Below, one piece after another: positions 11,675-22,205 of a stretch of 64,000 nucleotides of DNA. The notes under the pieces were generated by a model, which was not told where the DNA came from, made no database searches, and was given only the letters and a program-made list of their open reading frames with translations. Made by a program: the position numbers and the translations under genes. This DNA is from an uncultured Planctomycetota bacterium. GTDB lineage: Bacteria; Planctomycetota; Planctomycetia; Isosphaerales; Isosphaeraceae. Where the stretch lies: assembly GCA_963845755.1 (NCBI GenBank), contig CAWJTV010000034.1, positions 128,001 to 192,000 on the forward strand, in the 5' to 3' direction. Each line of letters opens with the position of its first letter. The stretch's first letter is position 1.

Positions 11675-14566
11675 ATGGGATACCGCATCGTCATCGCCGC
11701 GGCAATCGCCGTCGCCCAGGCTCCGGCACCGGCACCGAAGGCTCAGGAGAAAGCCCCGGCGGCCGCGGCGTCGGACCAGGCACTCAAGGACGCGCAGCGG
11801 TTGTTGCAGAACGGCCGCTATGCGGAGGCGGAGGAGGCCCTGTCGGCGATCCTGACCGAAGCCAAGAAGGAGCCCGCGCGGCTCACGCCCGCGCGGAAAG
11901 GCGCGGTCGTGCTGGGACTGGTCGAATGCGCGGCCAGCCAGGGCGAGCATGGCAAGGCGATCGAACGGCTCAAGGCGGCCGAGGCTGAGGAGCCGAAGAA
12001 CGCCGGCCTGCCGGCGCGACTGGCCGAATTGTACCTGACTCGCGGCGACTGGGAAGCCGCCGAGGCCGCCATGCGCCGTGCCGAGGCGATCGACCCCGAT
12101 CACTTGCTGGCGCGCTGGGTCGAGGCTCGGCTATATGATCTCCGCGGCGATCTCGACAAGGCGGTCATCGCCTGCAAGTGGTTCGTCAACCGGTACAACG
12201 ACCGGCGTGCGGAGATCATCAAGGACGCCGAGGCCCTGCTCCTGGTCGGCCAGGCTTGCGAACGGTACTATCGCGCCAACGCACGGGGAGAGGAACTCAG
12301 CGATGCGCTCAACGATGTGATCAACGAGATCTATGAGACCGCACTGCGGGTCGACCCCAATTGCTGGCGAGCCCCCTGGTTGGAGGGACGGCTGTTCCTC
12401 TCCGGTTACAACGAACGGGCCGCGGCGCGTGAGCTATCCCGGGCCCAGCAGATCAACCCGCATTCGCCCGAGGTGCTCGTCACGCTCGGCCAGTCCGACT
12501 TGCAGTCCTATCGCCTGGCGTCGGGCCGGGCCAAGGCGGAGCGGGCCCTGGCCACGAATCCCCACTTCGCGCCGGCCCATATCCTCCTGGCCGACCTGAA
12601 CATCTCCGACGAGCGGTTCGTCAACGCCCATGCTGCGGCGCGAAAGGCGGTAGCGGAGAACCCGCGCGACGAGGAGGCACTTGGCCGGCTGGCCGCGTCG
12701 TGCCGGCTGCTCGTCGACCCGGTGGGGGCGGCCGCCGCGGAGCTGGCCGCCCTGGGCAACAATCCTCGTCCGGCCACCTTCTATGCGTCCCTGGGCGAAC
12801 GGCTGGCCGACCGCCGCAAGTATCCCTCCGCCGAACGCGCCTTCCTGCTCTCGGCCGCGGCCGACTCCACGCGAGCCGAGGCTCCCATCGGACTGGGAAT
12901 GCTCTACATGCAGGTCGGTCGCGAGACCGAGGCCAAGAGCCTCTTTGACGCCGCCTTCGCCGCCGACCCCTTCAACGTCCGGGCGAACAATATGATCGAG
13001 GTCCTCAAGCACATGGCCCCTTATACCAACGTCGTCTCTAAGCACTACAGCGTGCTGATCGACCCGACGCAGGATGAGCTGCTGGGCCGGTACATGTCGC
13101 GGTACCTCGAATCGATCTACGCAACCCTGACCTCGCGATTCGGCTACATCCCGCCGGGGAAGACCAAGATCGAGATCCTCAAGGACCACAAGTGGTTCAG
13201 CGCCCGGACGATCGGCCTCCCGTTCGTCCCAACGGTCGGGGCCTGCACCGGGCGGCGTCGTGGCCCTGGCCAGCCCCCGGGCCACCCGCGTCCCCTTCAA
13301 CTGGGCCCGCGTACTCACCCACGAGGTCACCCACGTCATCACCTTGCAACAGACCGAGTTCAACATCCCGCACTGGTATACCGAGGCCCTGGCCGTCGAG
13401 AGCGAGGGATTCCCCCGCCCCCAGGAATGGAACAAGATGCTCCTGGTTCGCGTACCGGACCGCAAGCTCCTGAACCTCGACACCATTAACCTGGGATTCA
13501 TCCGGCCCAAGGAGCCGGAGGATCGCCAGTTGGCCTATTGCCAGGCCCAGCTCTATGCCCGGTACATGCTCAAGCGATTCGGCGATGACGCGTTGATCAA
13601 GATGCTCATGGCCTACCGCAGGGGCGCACGACCGACAGCGCGATCGCCGAATGCTTCCACGTCGAGAAGGCCGACTTCGAGAAGGGCTACCTGACCTACC
13701 TGGACGAGGTGATCAAGACGATCCGCACCCGAGTCGATGAGGAGAAGACGATCGAGTTCTCGCGGCTCGAGCGCCAATACAAGGAGAAACCCGAGGACGC
13801 CGACTTGAACGCGCGGATGGCCTACGAGCACTTCGCCCGCCGCAATTTCTCCGAGGCGCGGCCGTTCGCCGACAAGGCGCTCGAGCTGAAGCCGCACCAT
13901 CCGCTCGCCAGCTACGTCAAGGCGCGGCTCCTTCAGTCGATCGGCGACAACGATGCAGCGCTCGCGGTGCTCGAGCCCGCGCACGATCCGAAGAATCCCA
14001 ATGAGCGGGTGATCGACCTCCTGGGACGGCTGAAGATGGAGGCCGGGCAGCTTGATGAAGCGGAGAAGCTCTACGAGCTGGCGCGGAAGGACGACCCGTT
14101 CCATAGCAAGTGGATCGCGGGCATGGCGCAGGTCCACCTCCGCCAGAAGAGGACGGACGCTCTGCTCAACGACCTGGCCATGCTCGCCGCCAACGACGCC
14201 GACGACCTCCGGGTGCGCAAGGCGCTGGCCGAACGCCACCTGGCCCTGGGGCACGCCGCCATCGCCGAGAAATGGGCCAACGAGTGCCTGTACATCAACG
14301 TCTACGACCCGACCGTGCATGTCTTGCTCGCCGACGCCCAGGTCGCCGGAAAGAAGTTCGCCGAGGCTATTGAGGAGTACGAGGCCGCCCTGGAGCTGAA
14401 GATCAAGAAACCCAACGATCTGAAGGTCAAGCTGGCCCAGGCACAACTGGGCAAGGGCGACCGCACCGCCGCCAAGGCCACCCTCGACGGCATCCTCAAG
14501 GAAGATCCCGAGCACCCCGAGGCAAAGGCACTCCGGGAACAGATCGAGCGCGTGAAGAAAGGATAA
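11675..14566 (+). CDS. Secreted TPR-repeat protein with peptidase MA-like (gluzincin) domain; frameshifts near 13256 and 13627
   Basis: Signal peptide, TPR helices, HEVTH-x-WYTEALA zinc motif; ORFs 11675..13489, 13260..13694 and 13709..14566 join. Confidence 0.8.
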
Positions 14567-14604
14567 AGTTCATGCGCAATCCTTTACTCTTGTGAGGTGT
14601 TCCG

Positions 14605-14835
14605 ATGCAGTGGCGCGACCGGATCGAGGCGAATCCGAAGCTCCTCGTGGGAAAACCCGTGATCAAGGGAACGCGGCTTGCCGTCGAATTCATTCTCGAG
14701 CTGCTCGCGGAGCGGTGGACTCACGAGCAGATCCTCAAGAGCTACCCGCAATTGACGGAAGATGACATTTGGGCCGTTCTCTGGTACGCGACGGAAACGA
14801 TCAAGCAGGAGAAAGTTTACCCCGTCCCGGTGTAA
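14605..14835 (+). CDS. DUF433 antitoxin-like protein
   Basis: GKPVIKGTRL.VE.IL..L...EQIL.SYP.LT.DDI. Confidence 0.9.
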   Translation: MQWRDRIEANPKLLVGKPVIKGTRLAVEFILELLAERWTHEQILKSYPQLTEDDIWAVLWYATETIKQEKVYPVPV

Positions 14836-14838
14836 ACG

Positions 14839-15198
14839 ATGAGTAAATTCTTGGCTGATGAGAATGTGCCGATCGAAGTCGTCGAGGCCGCTCGGCAAGG
14901 CGGCTTGGATGTTGAATGGATCAAGGAGCTCTCGCCGGGAGTCGATGACGACGTCGTGATCGCAACGGCTCGTTTTGATGACCGGGTGTTGATCACCTTC
15001 GACAAGGACTTCGGAGAGATGGCTTTTCGACAAGGCAAGACATCGACTGCGGGTGTGATCTTGCTCCGGCCTCGATTGCGGGATCCCGACTATTTGACCC
15101 GCTTCACCCTGGCCGTCTTGATGCAGCCCAGGATCTGGGAAGGTTTCTTCTGCGTTGCCCGTGAAGCTCGGATGCGTATGGTTCCTCTCCCGGAGTGA
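14839..15198 (+). CDS. DUF5615 PIN-like toxin
   Basis: KFLADENVP, DDDVVI, RVLITFDKDFGE; 3 bp after the DUF433 gene. Confidence 0.9.
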   Translation: MSKFLADENVPIEVVEAARQGGLDVEWIKELSPGVDDDVVIATARFDDRVLITFDKDFGEMAFRQGKTSTAGVILLRPRLRDPDYLTRFTLAVLMQPRIWEGFFCVAREARMRMVPLPE

Positions 15199-15206
15199 TC
15201 CCATCG

Positions 15207-16562
15207 ATGCACCTGGAAATACCATTTTCGAGGCCGAGTGGCGTGGTTCGCACCCTGGCGCTACTGGCTACGTTGATTGGTGTTCCATCGCGCGCCGGGG
15301 CCGACGATGACAACTCACGACAACCCAACGTCGTCTTGATCATCGCCGACGACATGGCCTGGACCGACTACGGCTTCATGGGGCATCCACAGATCCGCAC
15401 GCCCCGGCTCGACCGGCTGGCAAGCCAGAGCCTGGTGTTCCGGCGCGGGTATGTGACGACCAGCCTCTGCTCCCCCAGCCTGGCCAGCATCCTCACGGGG
15501 CGGTATCCCCACCAGCACAGGATCACCAGCAACGACCCTCCGCTTGCGCCCGGCGTAAGCGAGCGGCTGGCCCAGCGAAACACGGCGTTTCTCCAGCAGC
15601 GCCAGGAGATGATCAAGTACTTCGATGACATGCCATCCATGCCTCGACTATTGACCGCGAAGGGGTACCTCAGCTTCCAGTCGGGGAAGTGGTGGGGCGG
15701 GTCGTACAAGCGGGGCGGCTTCACCAACGGCATGACCAGCGGCGACCCCGAGCGCGGCGGCCGGCACGGCGACGCCGGCCTGGCAATCGGCCGTCGGGAG
15801 ATGAAGCCCATCTCGATGTTCATGGAGATGGCGCAGACGCGCAAGGCCCCGTTCTTCCTCTGGTACGCGCCGATGATGCCCCACCAGCCTCACAACCCGC
15901 CCGAGCGGTTCCTCGCCCACTACCGCGATAAAGTCCCGTCGCTGGAAGTCGCGAAATACTGGGCGATGTGCGAGTGGTTCGACGAGACTTGTGGGCAGTT
16001 GCTCGACTTCCTCGATGCTCACAAGCTGGCCGAGAACACCCTCGTGATCTTCCTGGCCGACAATGGCTGGATTCAGGATCCGCAGGCCGACCGGTATGCA
16101 CCTCGGTCGAAGCAGTCGCCGAACGAGGGAGGGCTTCGGACCCCGATCCTGGTCCGATGGCCCGGCAAGGTCGCTCCGCGGACCAGCATTACGCCCGCCA
16201 GCGCGATCGACGTCGCGCCCACGATCCTCCAGGCGGCAGGACTCCCGCTCGAGCCCGGCACCGAGGGTGTCAACCTCCTTGACGACAAGGCCGTTTCCGG
16301 CCGTCCGGCGATCTTCGGCGAGATCTTCACTCACAATGCCGTGAGTATCCACGACCCGTCATCGAGTCTCCGGTACCGCTGGATCGTCGCGGGCGACTGG
16401 AAGCTGATTGCCCCCGACCGCCGCCATTCCCCCAATGACGTCGTCGAGCTCTACGACGTGGCACACGACCCGGGCGAGACTCGCAACCTTGCGGCAGAAC
16501 AACCTCAGAAGCTCACCGACCTGATGGCGCGGCTGAACGCCTGGTGGCCGGCCGGCCCGTAG
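15207..16562 (+). CDS. Sulfatase (formylglycine-dependent family), secreted
   Basis: PNVVLIIADD, LCSPSLASILTG, SGKWW, PHQPH, ADNG, ELYD...DPGE..NLA. Confidence 0.88.
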   Translation: MHLEIPFSRPSGVVRTLALLATLIGVPSRAGADDDNSRQPNVVLIIADDMAWTDYGFMGHPQIRTPRLDRLASQSLVFRRGYVTTSLCSPSLASILTGRYPHQHRITSNDPPLAPGVSERLAQRNTAFLQQRQEMIKYFDDMPSMPRLLTAKGYLSFQSGKWWGGSYKRGGFTNGMTSGDPERGGRHGDAGLAIGRREMKPISMFMEMAQTRKAPFFLWYAPMMPHQPHNPPERFLAHYRDKVPSLEVAKYWAMCEWFDETCGQLLDFLDAHKLAENTLVIFLADNGWIQDPQADRYAPRSKQSPNEGGLRTPILVRWPGKVAPRTSITPASAIDVAPTILQAAGLPLEPGTEGVNLLDDKAVSGRPAIFGEIFTHNAVSIHDPSSSLRYRWIVAGDWKLIAPDRRHSPNDVVELYDVAHDPGETRNLAAEQPQKLTDLMARLNAWWPAGP

Positions 16563-16574
16563 TCATCGGTGCGT

Positions 16575-17942
16575 TCATCGTCGCGTCATGTTCATCTTGA
16601 CCCCCCGCGCGGGTCGGAGGGTCATCGAGGGCAAGGGCGTGACCACGGCATCCGGCGCCAGCGATAGTCGGTACTTCTGGGCAATCGTGGCCAGGACCAG
16701 CGTCGCTTCCATCAAGGCGAAGCTGTTGCCAACACAGATCCTCGGGCCGCCGCCGAAGGGGAAATACGCATAACGAGGAATCCGCTGGATCAGTCCGTCG
16801 GCCCAGCGCTCGGGGCGAAATGCGGCGGGGTCATCGAACCATCGCGAGTCGCGGTGGATCACGCAGGCGGTCATGAAAACCGTCGTTCCTTTGGCGATGC
16901 GATATCCGCCCAGCTCGAGTGGCTCGATCGCCTCGCGACCGAGCATCCAGCCGGGAGGATACAGACGGAGCGTCTCATTGACGATGTTCTCGGTATAGGT
17001 CAGGCGGGGAAGCTCGGCGAGTGTAGGCGGTCGCCCATCCAGGACGCTCGCGAGCTCGTCGTGAAGCCGGGCCTCCACCTCGTGGTGTCCGGAGAGCAGG
17101 AACCAGGCCCAGGCCAGCGTGTTGGCCGTGGTTTCATGACCCGCCAGGAACAGCGTCATGCACTCGTCGCGGAGTTGCCGGTCGGACATCCGCCGGCCAC
17201 TCTCTTCATCTTCGACCCGGAGGAGCATCGAGAGCAGGTCTCCCCGGTCCTCGCCGCTGCGCCGACGCTCAGCGATGATCCCGTAGAGGATCTGCTCCAG
17301 TCGCCGCACTGTCCGCGCGACCCGGACTTTCATCGGTGTGGGAATCCAGCGGGGGATGATGACCGGGCTCGCCGTGCTGGCGACGAAACTGTGCATCAGG
17401 GTCTCCATCGCCGCGCTCACCTCGGCCGTCTCCCCGCCCATCTCTGCGTCGAAGAGCGTCTTGGCGACGATTTCCAGCGTCAGCCGCATCATGTCAACCT
17501 GAATATCGCGGACTTGACCATCCGCCCAGGACTCCATCAATCTCTCAGTATAGTCGACCATGAGACGGCCATAGGCCTCGATCCGCTCGCGATGGAAGGC
17601 CGGCTGGACGAGCTTGCGCTGGCCGCGCCAGAAGTCGCCTTCGCTGGTCAACAACCCGTCGCCCAGCGTCTGCTTGGCCTGCCGCAGGCGATAGTGCTTG
17701 ATGAACTTGCGATTCTGGTGGACCAGGACCTCTTCAACCAGGTCCGGATGGTTCGCGAAGAGGATCCAGCGCGGGCCAAACCGGGCGGCGACGAGGTCGC
17801 CGTATTCTCGAGCCCAGCGCGTCAGGGAGCCGAGCCGGTCGGCGCTGAACTCGCCGAGATTGCCGAAGAGACCGCGTGCCGGCGGTCCGGGTGGTCGCTT
17901 CGGGCTAGTCGATGCGCCCTGGATCACACTGTCCCGAGCCAT
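16575..17942 (-). CDS. Cytochrome P450
   Basis: AGHETT, ETLRLYPP, FRPERW, heme motif FPFGGGPRICVG. Confidence 0.95.
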   Translation of the reverse strand: MARDSVIQGASTSPKRPPGPPARGLFGNLGEFSADRLGSLTRWAREYGDLVAARFGPRWILFANHPDLVEEVLVHQNRKFIKHYRLRQAKQTLGDGLLTSEGDFWRGQRKLVQPAFHRERIEAYGRLMVDYTERLMESWADGQVRDIQVDMMRLTLEIVAKTLFDAEMGGETAEVSAAMETLMHSFVASTASPVIIPRWIPTPMKVRVARTVRRLEQILYGIIAERRRSGEDRGDLLSMLLRVEDEESGRRMSDRQLRDECMTLFLAGHETTANTLAWAWFLLSGHHEVEARLHDELASVLDGRPPTLAELPRLTYTENIVNETLRLYPPGWMLGREAIEPLELGGYRIAKGTTVFMTACVIHRDSRWFDDPAAFRPERWADGLIQRIPRYAYFPFGGGPRICVGNSFALMEATLVLATIAQKYRLSLAPDAVVTPLPSMTLRPARGVKMNMTRR

Positions 17943-18913
17943 CAGGATCCTCCGAGCACGTAAGACTTGGGGATCTCCGCGCCGGCGACCGGCCGCAGGT
18001 TACGGATCCGGCACATCTGGTACACGTTGATGCGGAAGTCCGGACACGTGCTCACCAGGCAATACGCATCGACCGGCGAGACGCCGTGCTCGGAGATCAG
18101 CCAATCCATCAGGTGGGTCGTCGCCGTCTCGACGGCGTGATCGAGCGGCCGGTCGGTATGGATGGCGATCAGGCTATTCGGCTTCTCGATGCGCATGCCA
18201 GGAACCCGGTAGCCCCTCTTCACCTCGAGCCGGAGCCGGACGGTGGCCTTGGTCTCGGCGGCCGTGCCGGTGAACTCGGTGTCGCCCTGACTGGCGTGGA
18301 CGTCGCCGAGGTAGAAGCGCGCGCCTTCGTGGAAGATCGGCAGGAAGATCCGGTTGCGGGGTGCCACATCGCGGATGTCGAGGTTGCCGCCCCATTCCCC
18401 CTGTCCGTCGATGCTGGTGGTCACCTCGCGGTCGGGGGCGACGCCCAGCGTCCCGACGAATGGCGTGATCGGCCAGGATCGGCGTTCGTCGAAATGGAGG
18501 GTGCCGTCACGGGTCGTGCCGCTGGGGCCCGGCGTGTGGCGGAAGATCTTGGTGGTATACTCGCCCGATAGCTCGGGCCATCGCGTGGATTCACCCAGCG
18601 GCCCGCGCCGAGGGCCGATCGCGATCCAAGAGTAGTCATCCACCTCGATCTCGTCGATGATCACGACGAGAGCGTCGCCGCGCGCGGCCCCTTCGACCCA
18701 GATCGGACCGGCGATCGGGTTGGCCTGAGGAGGGACCCGGTCGAAGCCCGGCCGCCGCGCCGGGATCGCCTTATCCTGCTCGGTCCGGATGTAGCCGTTG
18801 CTGGCGTCGAATGTCTCGACCTCGAACGGCTCGCCCGGCTCGACCCGGAGCAGCGGCTCGTCACGCCAATCGAAGGCGAACTTGCGGGCCTGTTCTCGTG
18901 CGATGTGTTTCAT
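17942..18913 (-). CDS. Acetamidase/formamidase family protein
   Basis: NPIAGPIWVEGAARGD, GGNLD, GDVHASQGDTE; stop overlaps P450 start (TGATG). Confidence 0.88.
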   Translation of the reverse strand: MKHIAREQARKFAFDWRDEPLLRVEPGEPFEVETFDASNGYIRTEQDKAIPARRPGFDRVPPQANPIAGPIWVEGAARGDALVVIIDEIEVDDYSWIAIGPRRGPLGESTRWPELSGEYTTKIFRHTPGPSGTTRDGTLHFDERRSWPITPFVGTLGVAPDREVTTSIDGQGEWGGNLDIRDVAPRNRIFLPIFHEGARFYLGDVHASQGDTEFTGTAAETKATVRLRLEVKRGYRVPGMRIEKPNSLIAIHTDRPLDHAVETATTHLMDWLISEHGVSPVDAYCLVSTCPDFRINVYQMCRIRNLRPVAGAEIPKSYVLGGS

Positions 18914-18925
18914 GAGACTCTCACT

Positions 18926-18945
18926 GTAGGTGGGTGAAACCCACC
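18926..18945 (+). repeat. GTAG-type REP singlet
   Basis: GTAGGTGGGTGAAACCCACC, near-identical to the arm at 22146. Confidence 0.65.
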
Positions 18946-19019
18946 GATGCAAGGCTCGTTAGCGAGGTCCAAGGAATCGGCGGGTAACGCTGAGTTGAGC
19001 TTAGCTCAAACCGCACTAA

Positions 19020-19139
19020 GAGTCTGTCCCAGAAGGGCGAGCGGGGGGCGTCAGCCCCCTGTCCGGTGAACGGCGGACCTCCAAGACAGGGGGCTGACGC
19101 CCCCCGCTCGCCCGGACCGGCCCCTTCTGGGACAGACTT
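19020..19139. mobile_element. 120-bp MITE copy 1 (IS5/IS1031-like ends, TAA target duplication)
   Basis: TIRs GAGTCTGTCCCAGAAGGG / CCCTTCTGGGACAGACTT; TAA at 19017-19019 and 19140-19142; 114/120 identical to the reverse complement of 55384..55503. Confidence 0.8.
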
Positions 19140-21950
19140 TAAGGAACTCGGCTCGGGTCGCCTGCCTTGGGGCGGCTACTCAAGAAGGCGAGGAGATCGC
19201 GGAACTCCTGGATCGTCATGGTGGTCACGAGGTCATCGGGCATGATCGAGGTCGTCTGAGGCTTGCGCTCGGCGATCTCATCGGACTTGACCGCGATCCG
19301 CCGGCCCTGCGAGTCGGCGAAGTCGAGGACGCCGTCGGCCGACTGATCGAGGAGGATGCCGGTGAAGACGGTCCCATCCGTCCGCGCAACGCTCCAGGGG
19401 ACGAACTGGGGCGCGATCTCCCGGCTAGGCGCGACGATCGACTCGACGAGCCGGCGACGATCGGTGGTGGAGGCCAACGTGGAGAGGTCTGGCCCGGCGC
19501 GTCCACCACGGCCGTCGACCGGGTGGCAGCGATAACAGCCCGGTCCTTTGGTGTGGAAGAAGACCCGCTCTCCGGCTGCGGGATCGGCAGGACCTTCCAG
19601 GCGAGCCAGCCAGGCGTCGATGTCATGGTCCTGGGATGCCTTGCGATCCGGTTGCGATGACGTGGCCTTGCCGTGCTCGAGCCAATCGATCAACGCCATC
19701 GACGCGTCGTCACCCCGATTCGCGTCCCGGAGTCGTGCGACCTCCTCCCTCGACGACGCAACGCCGCGCAGGCTCCTGAGCGCTTCGTGGCGAATCACCG
19801 GAGGAGTCTCTGTCGCCAGCTCGACGAGAAGTTCACGATGATGGGTCGCGTCATCGGCCAGGGCGGCGATCGCTTCGACTCGGACCGGTTCGGGAATCGT
19901 GTTATCTCCGGCGAATTTGGCAAGTAGATCGAAGCGGCCGGCATTCGGGCACTGAGAAAGACTGCGCACCGCCTCGATCCGGATCGGCTGATCGGGCGAA
20001 TCCAGGAAGTGTTTCAAGCGACCGAGTGTCAGTGAAGGATGATCGGGCCGAAGCATTCGCAGGCCGCGGCGCAGGACGCCCGCCGATGTGCGTGGGTTGC
20101 TCAAGAGCGCGACGATGTACTCTTCGCCGGACCGCTCGTTGCGTGGGTCATTTCGCAGGCCGTCGAGCTGCTCCAGTGCTGCCAGCGTGGCTTCGAATAG
20201 CTCGCGTGTCGCCGCCGTCGAGGTCAAGCCGGCCAGCAGGAGGGCGCGGAAGGCCTCCAGCCGATGCTCTCCAATCCACTGAATGGCCGCAAAGTGAAGA
20301 GTCGGGTCGGGATCCGCCAGGAATTTCGGCAAGAGCGCGGCCTTCAGGCCGATCGGCGTCTCGGAGGATCAGGAGCAGACCGAGCCGCTGGCTGGCAACG
20401 CGGTCGGTGTCCTTGGCCATCGCGATCATATCGTCCATGGCAAACGTATGCCGCAAGCCTTCCCGCGCCGCTTGCTGGACGAACGGATCATCCGATTCGA
20501 GGGCTTTCGAGAAAAGGTCCTTCGCGGACGGGTCGGCGAGTCGGCGCATCGCCTCGGCGCGGACCAGGGGCGACTTGTCCGATGCCGCGAGCCTCTTGAA
20601 ATCGATGTGGCCCTTCGGCGCAACGCGGACGGCCATCGCGCGAACGTCCGAGGAATCGTCGCGGAGAGACTGGTTGATCAATTGATCCTTCATCATGCGG
20701 CCTGCCGCAACCGTCGCGAGCATGCGGGAGCGAGTCCTCGGATCGGTCATGTCCGACTCCGGCATGTTGTTCGGACCTTTCAACTCATGGGCGTTCCGCA
20801 GCCGCCAGATCCGCCCCTTGCCGTGCAGCGAGTATTCCTTGTCGACCCAGTCGCTCATGTACAGCGACCCCTCGGGCGCGACCGCGATGCCGACCGGCCG
20901 AAAATCCTCACCACCGACGACCACGGGCTTCATGGTCGCGTGAAAGGACGCCCCGCGCGGCTGGAGGTCGTATCGTTCGATCCGATGGTCGCCCCACGAG
21001 GTGACCAGGAGCGCACCGCGGTAGTCCGCGGGCAGGTTCTTCGACTCATACGCCACGATTCCGCTGGGAGCTTCACCGGTGCCGGCGACCATCCCCAGGG
21101 TGCCCGGCAACTCGCCATTCCACGCGGTAAACGGATGCAGGCCCTTGCGACCGTTTCGAAAGCGGTAGCCGTAGTCGCCGCCGTCGACGATGTGGAGCAA
21201 ACGGCATGGCGGTCGCGAGTCGGGGTCGTTGTCCACGGCGAAGAGCCGCCCAAACGCGTCGAACGTCATGTGGAACGGGTTCCAGAAGCCGGTCGCGACC
21301 TTCTCGAGCTTCGTCCCATCGGGCCGGCATTTGTAGATATTCCCGCCCTCGCCGCCGCCCGAGAGCGTCGTCCCGTCGGAACCGATCAGGCGATAGTCGG
21401 CACCCAGGTTCTCGCCCAGGCCGAAATAGACCCATCCCAGGCAGTCGAACGCGAACCCCGACAGGCCGTTGTGGGGATAGTCGCCGGGCGTGTCGAGCCG
21501 GACGATCGGCGCGGGGACTTTGCCCCCATCATTGCCGTCAGCCCGACCGTCGTCATCGTGATCGAAGAGGTGATAGACGGCCCACCGTGTCGCGACGAAG
21601 ACCGAGCCGTCACCCGCGACCGCCAGGTTCATCGTGAATCGCGTCCCTTCGAAGAACGTGCCGACGCACTCCGGCCGGCCGTCGTGATCGCGATCCTCAA
21701 ACACGCGGATCCGGTCCGCCGGGGGACCCTTGTAGCCCCGGGGCCGGAAGTGCGTATGGCTCTCGATCACCAGGACCCGGCCGCGGGCATCGACCGCCAG
21801 CCCCGTGGGCGTGACGATCTCCGGCTCCGCCGCGATCCGCTCGAACACTAGCCGCGGGTCGACCGAGCGCGGAGGTTCGGACGCCGGGGCGTCTGCTCCC
21901 GTGAGTGTGATCGATACGGCAATCCAGAGACCAAGGCCGGCGCGGATCAT
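19139..21950 (-). CDS. PVC-type heme-binding CxxCH protein (dehydrogenase-like beta-propeller + HEAT + cytochrome c); frameshift near 20333
   Basis: Signal peptide, AAEPEIVTPTGLAVDARGR, GFWNPF, FRPVGIAVAPEGSLYMSDW, CYRCH..GRGGRAGPDL, SIMPDDL. Confidence 0.85.
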
Positions 21951-22145
21951 CGTTGTGGGTGCTCCCAGGCGGTTGTCGGGGTACCGGCAACTTGCCGGCT
22001 TCTGCGCGCGACGCAAGCGAGACGCCTGCAACAGGATTCCTTGTTGCGCAGTATAACCGCACAGGTCGCATGGGTCCAAGGAAGGAACCCGGACCGGCCG
22101 CGAAACCTGGCCTTGGTCACGATTCGAGAACGACTTCCGGCCTTT

Positions 22146-22205
22146 GTAGGGTGGGTGAAACCCACCATGATCGGGCCGTTCTTGGTGGGGTTTCACCCAC
22201 CCTAC
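22146..22205. repeat. GTAG-type REP doublet (REPIN-like)
   Basis: GTAGGGTGGGTGAAACCCACC-spacer-GGTGGGGTTTCACCCACCCTAC; contains the stop codon of the ECF gene. Confidence 0.75.

Noticed and set aside
21975..22035. Degenerate REP-like GTACCGGCAACTTGCCGG segment
   Set aside because: Single, poorly paired copy that cannot be supported as a repeat from this window alone
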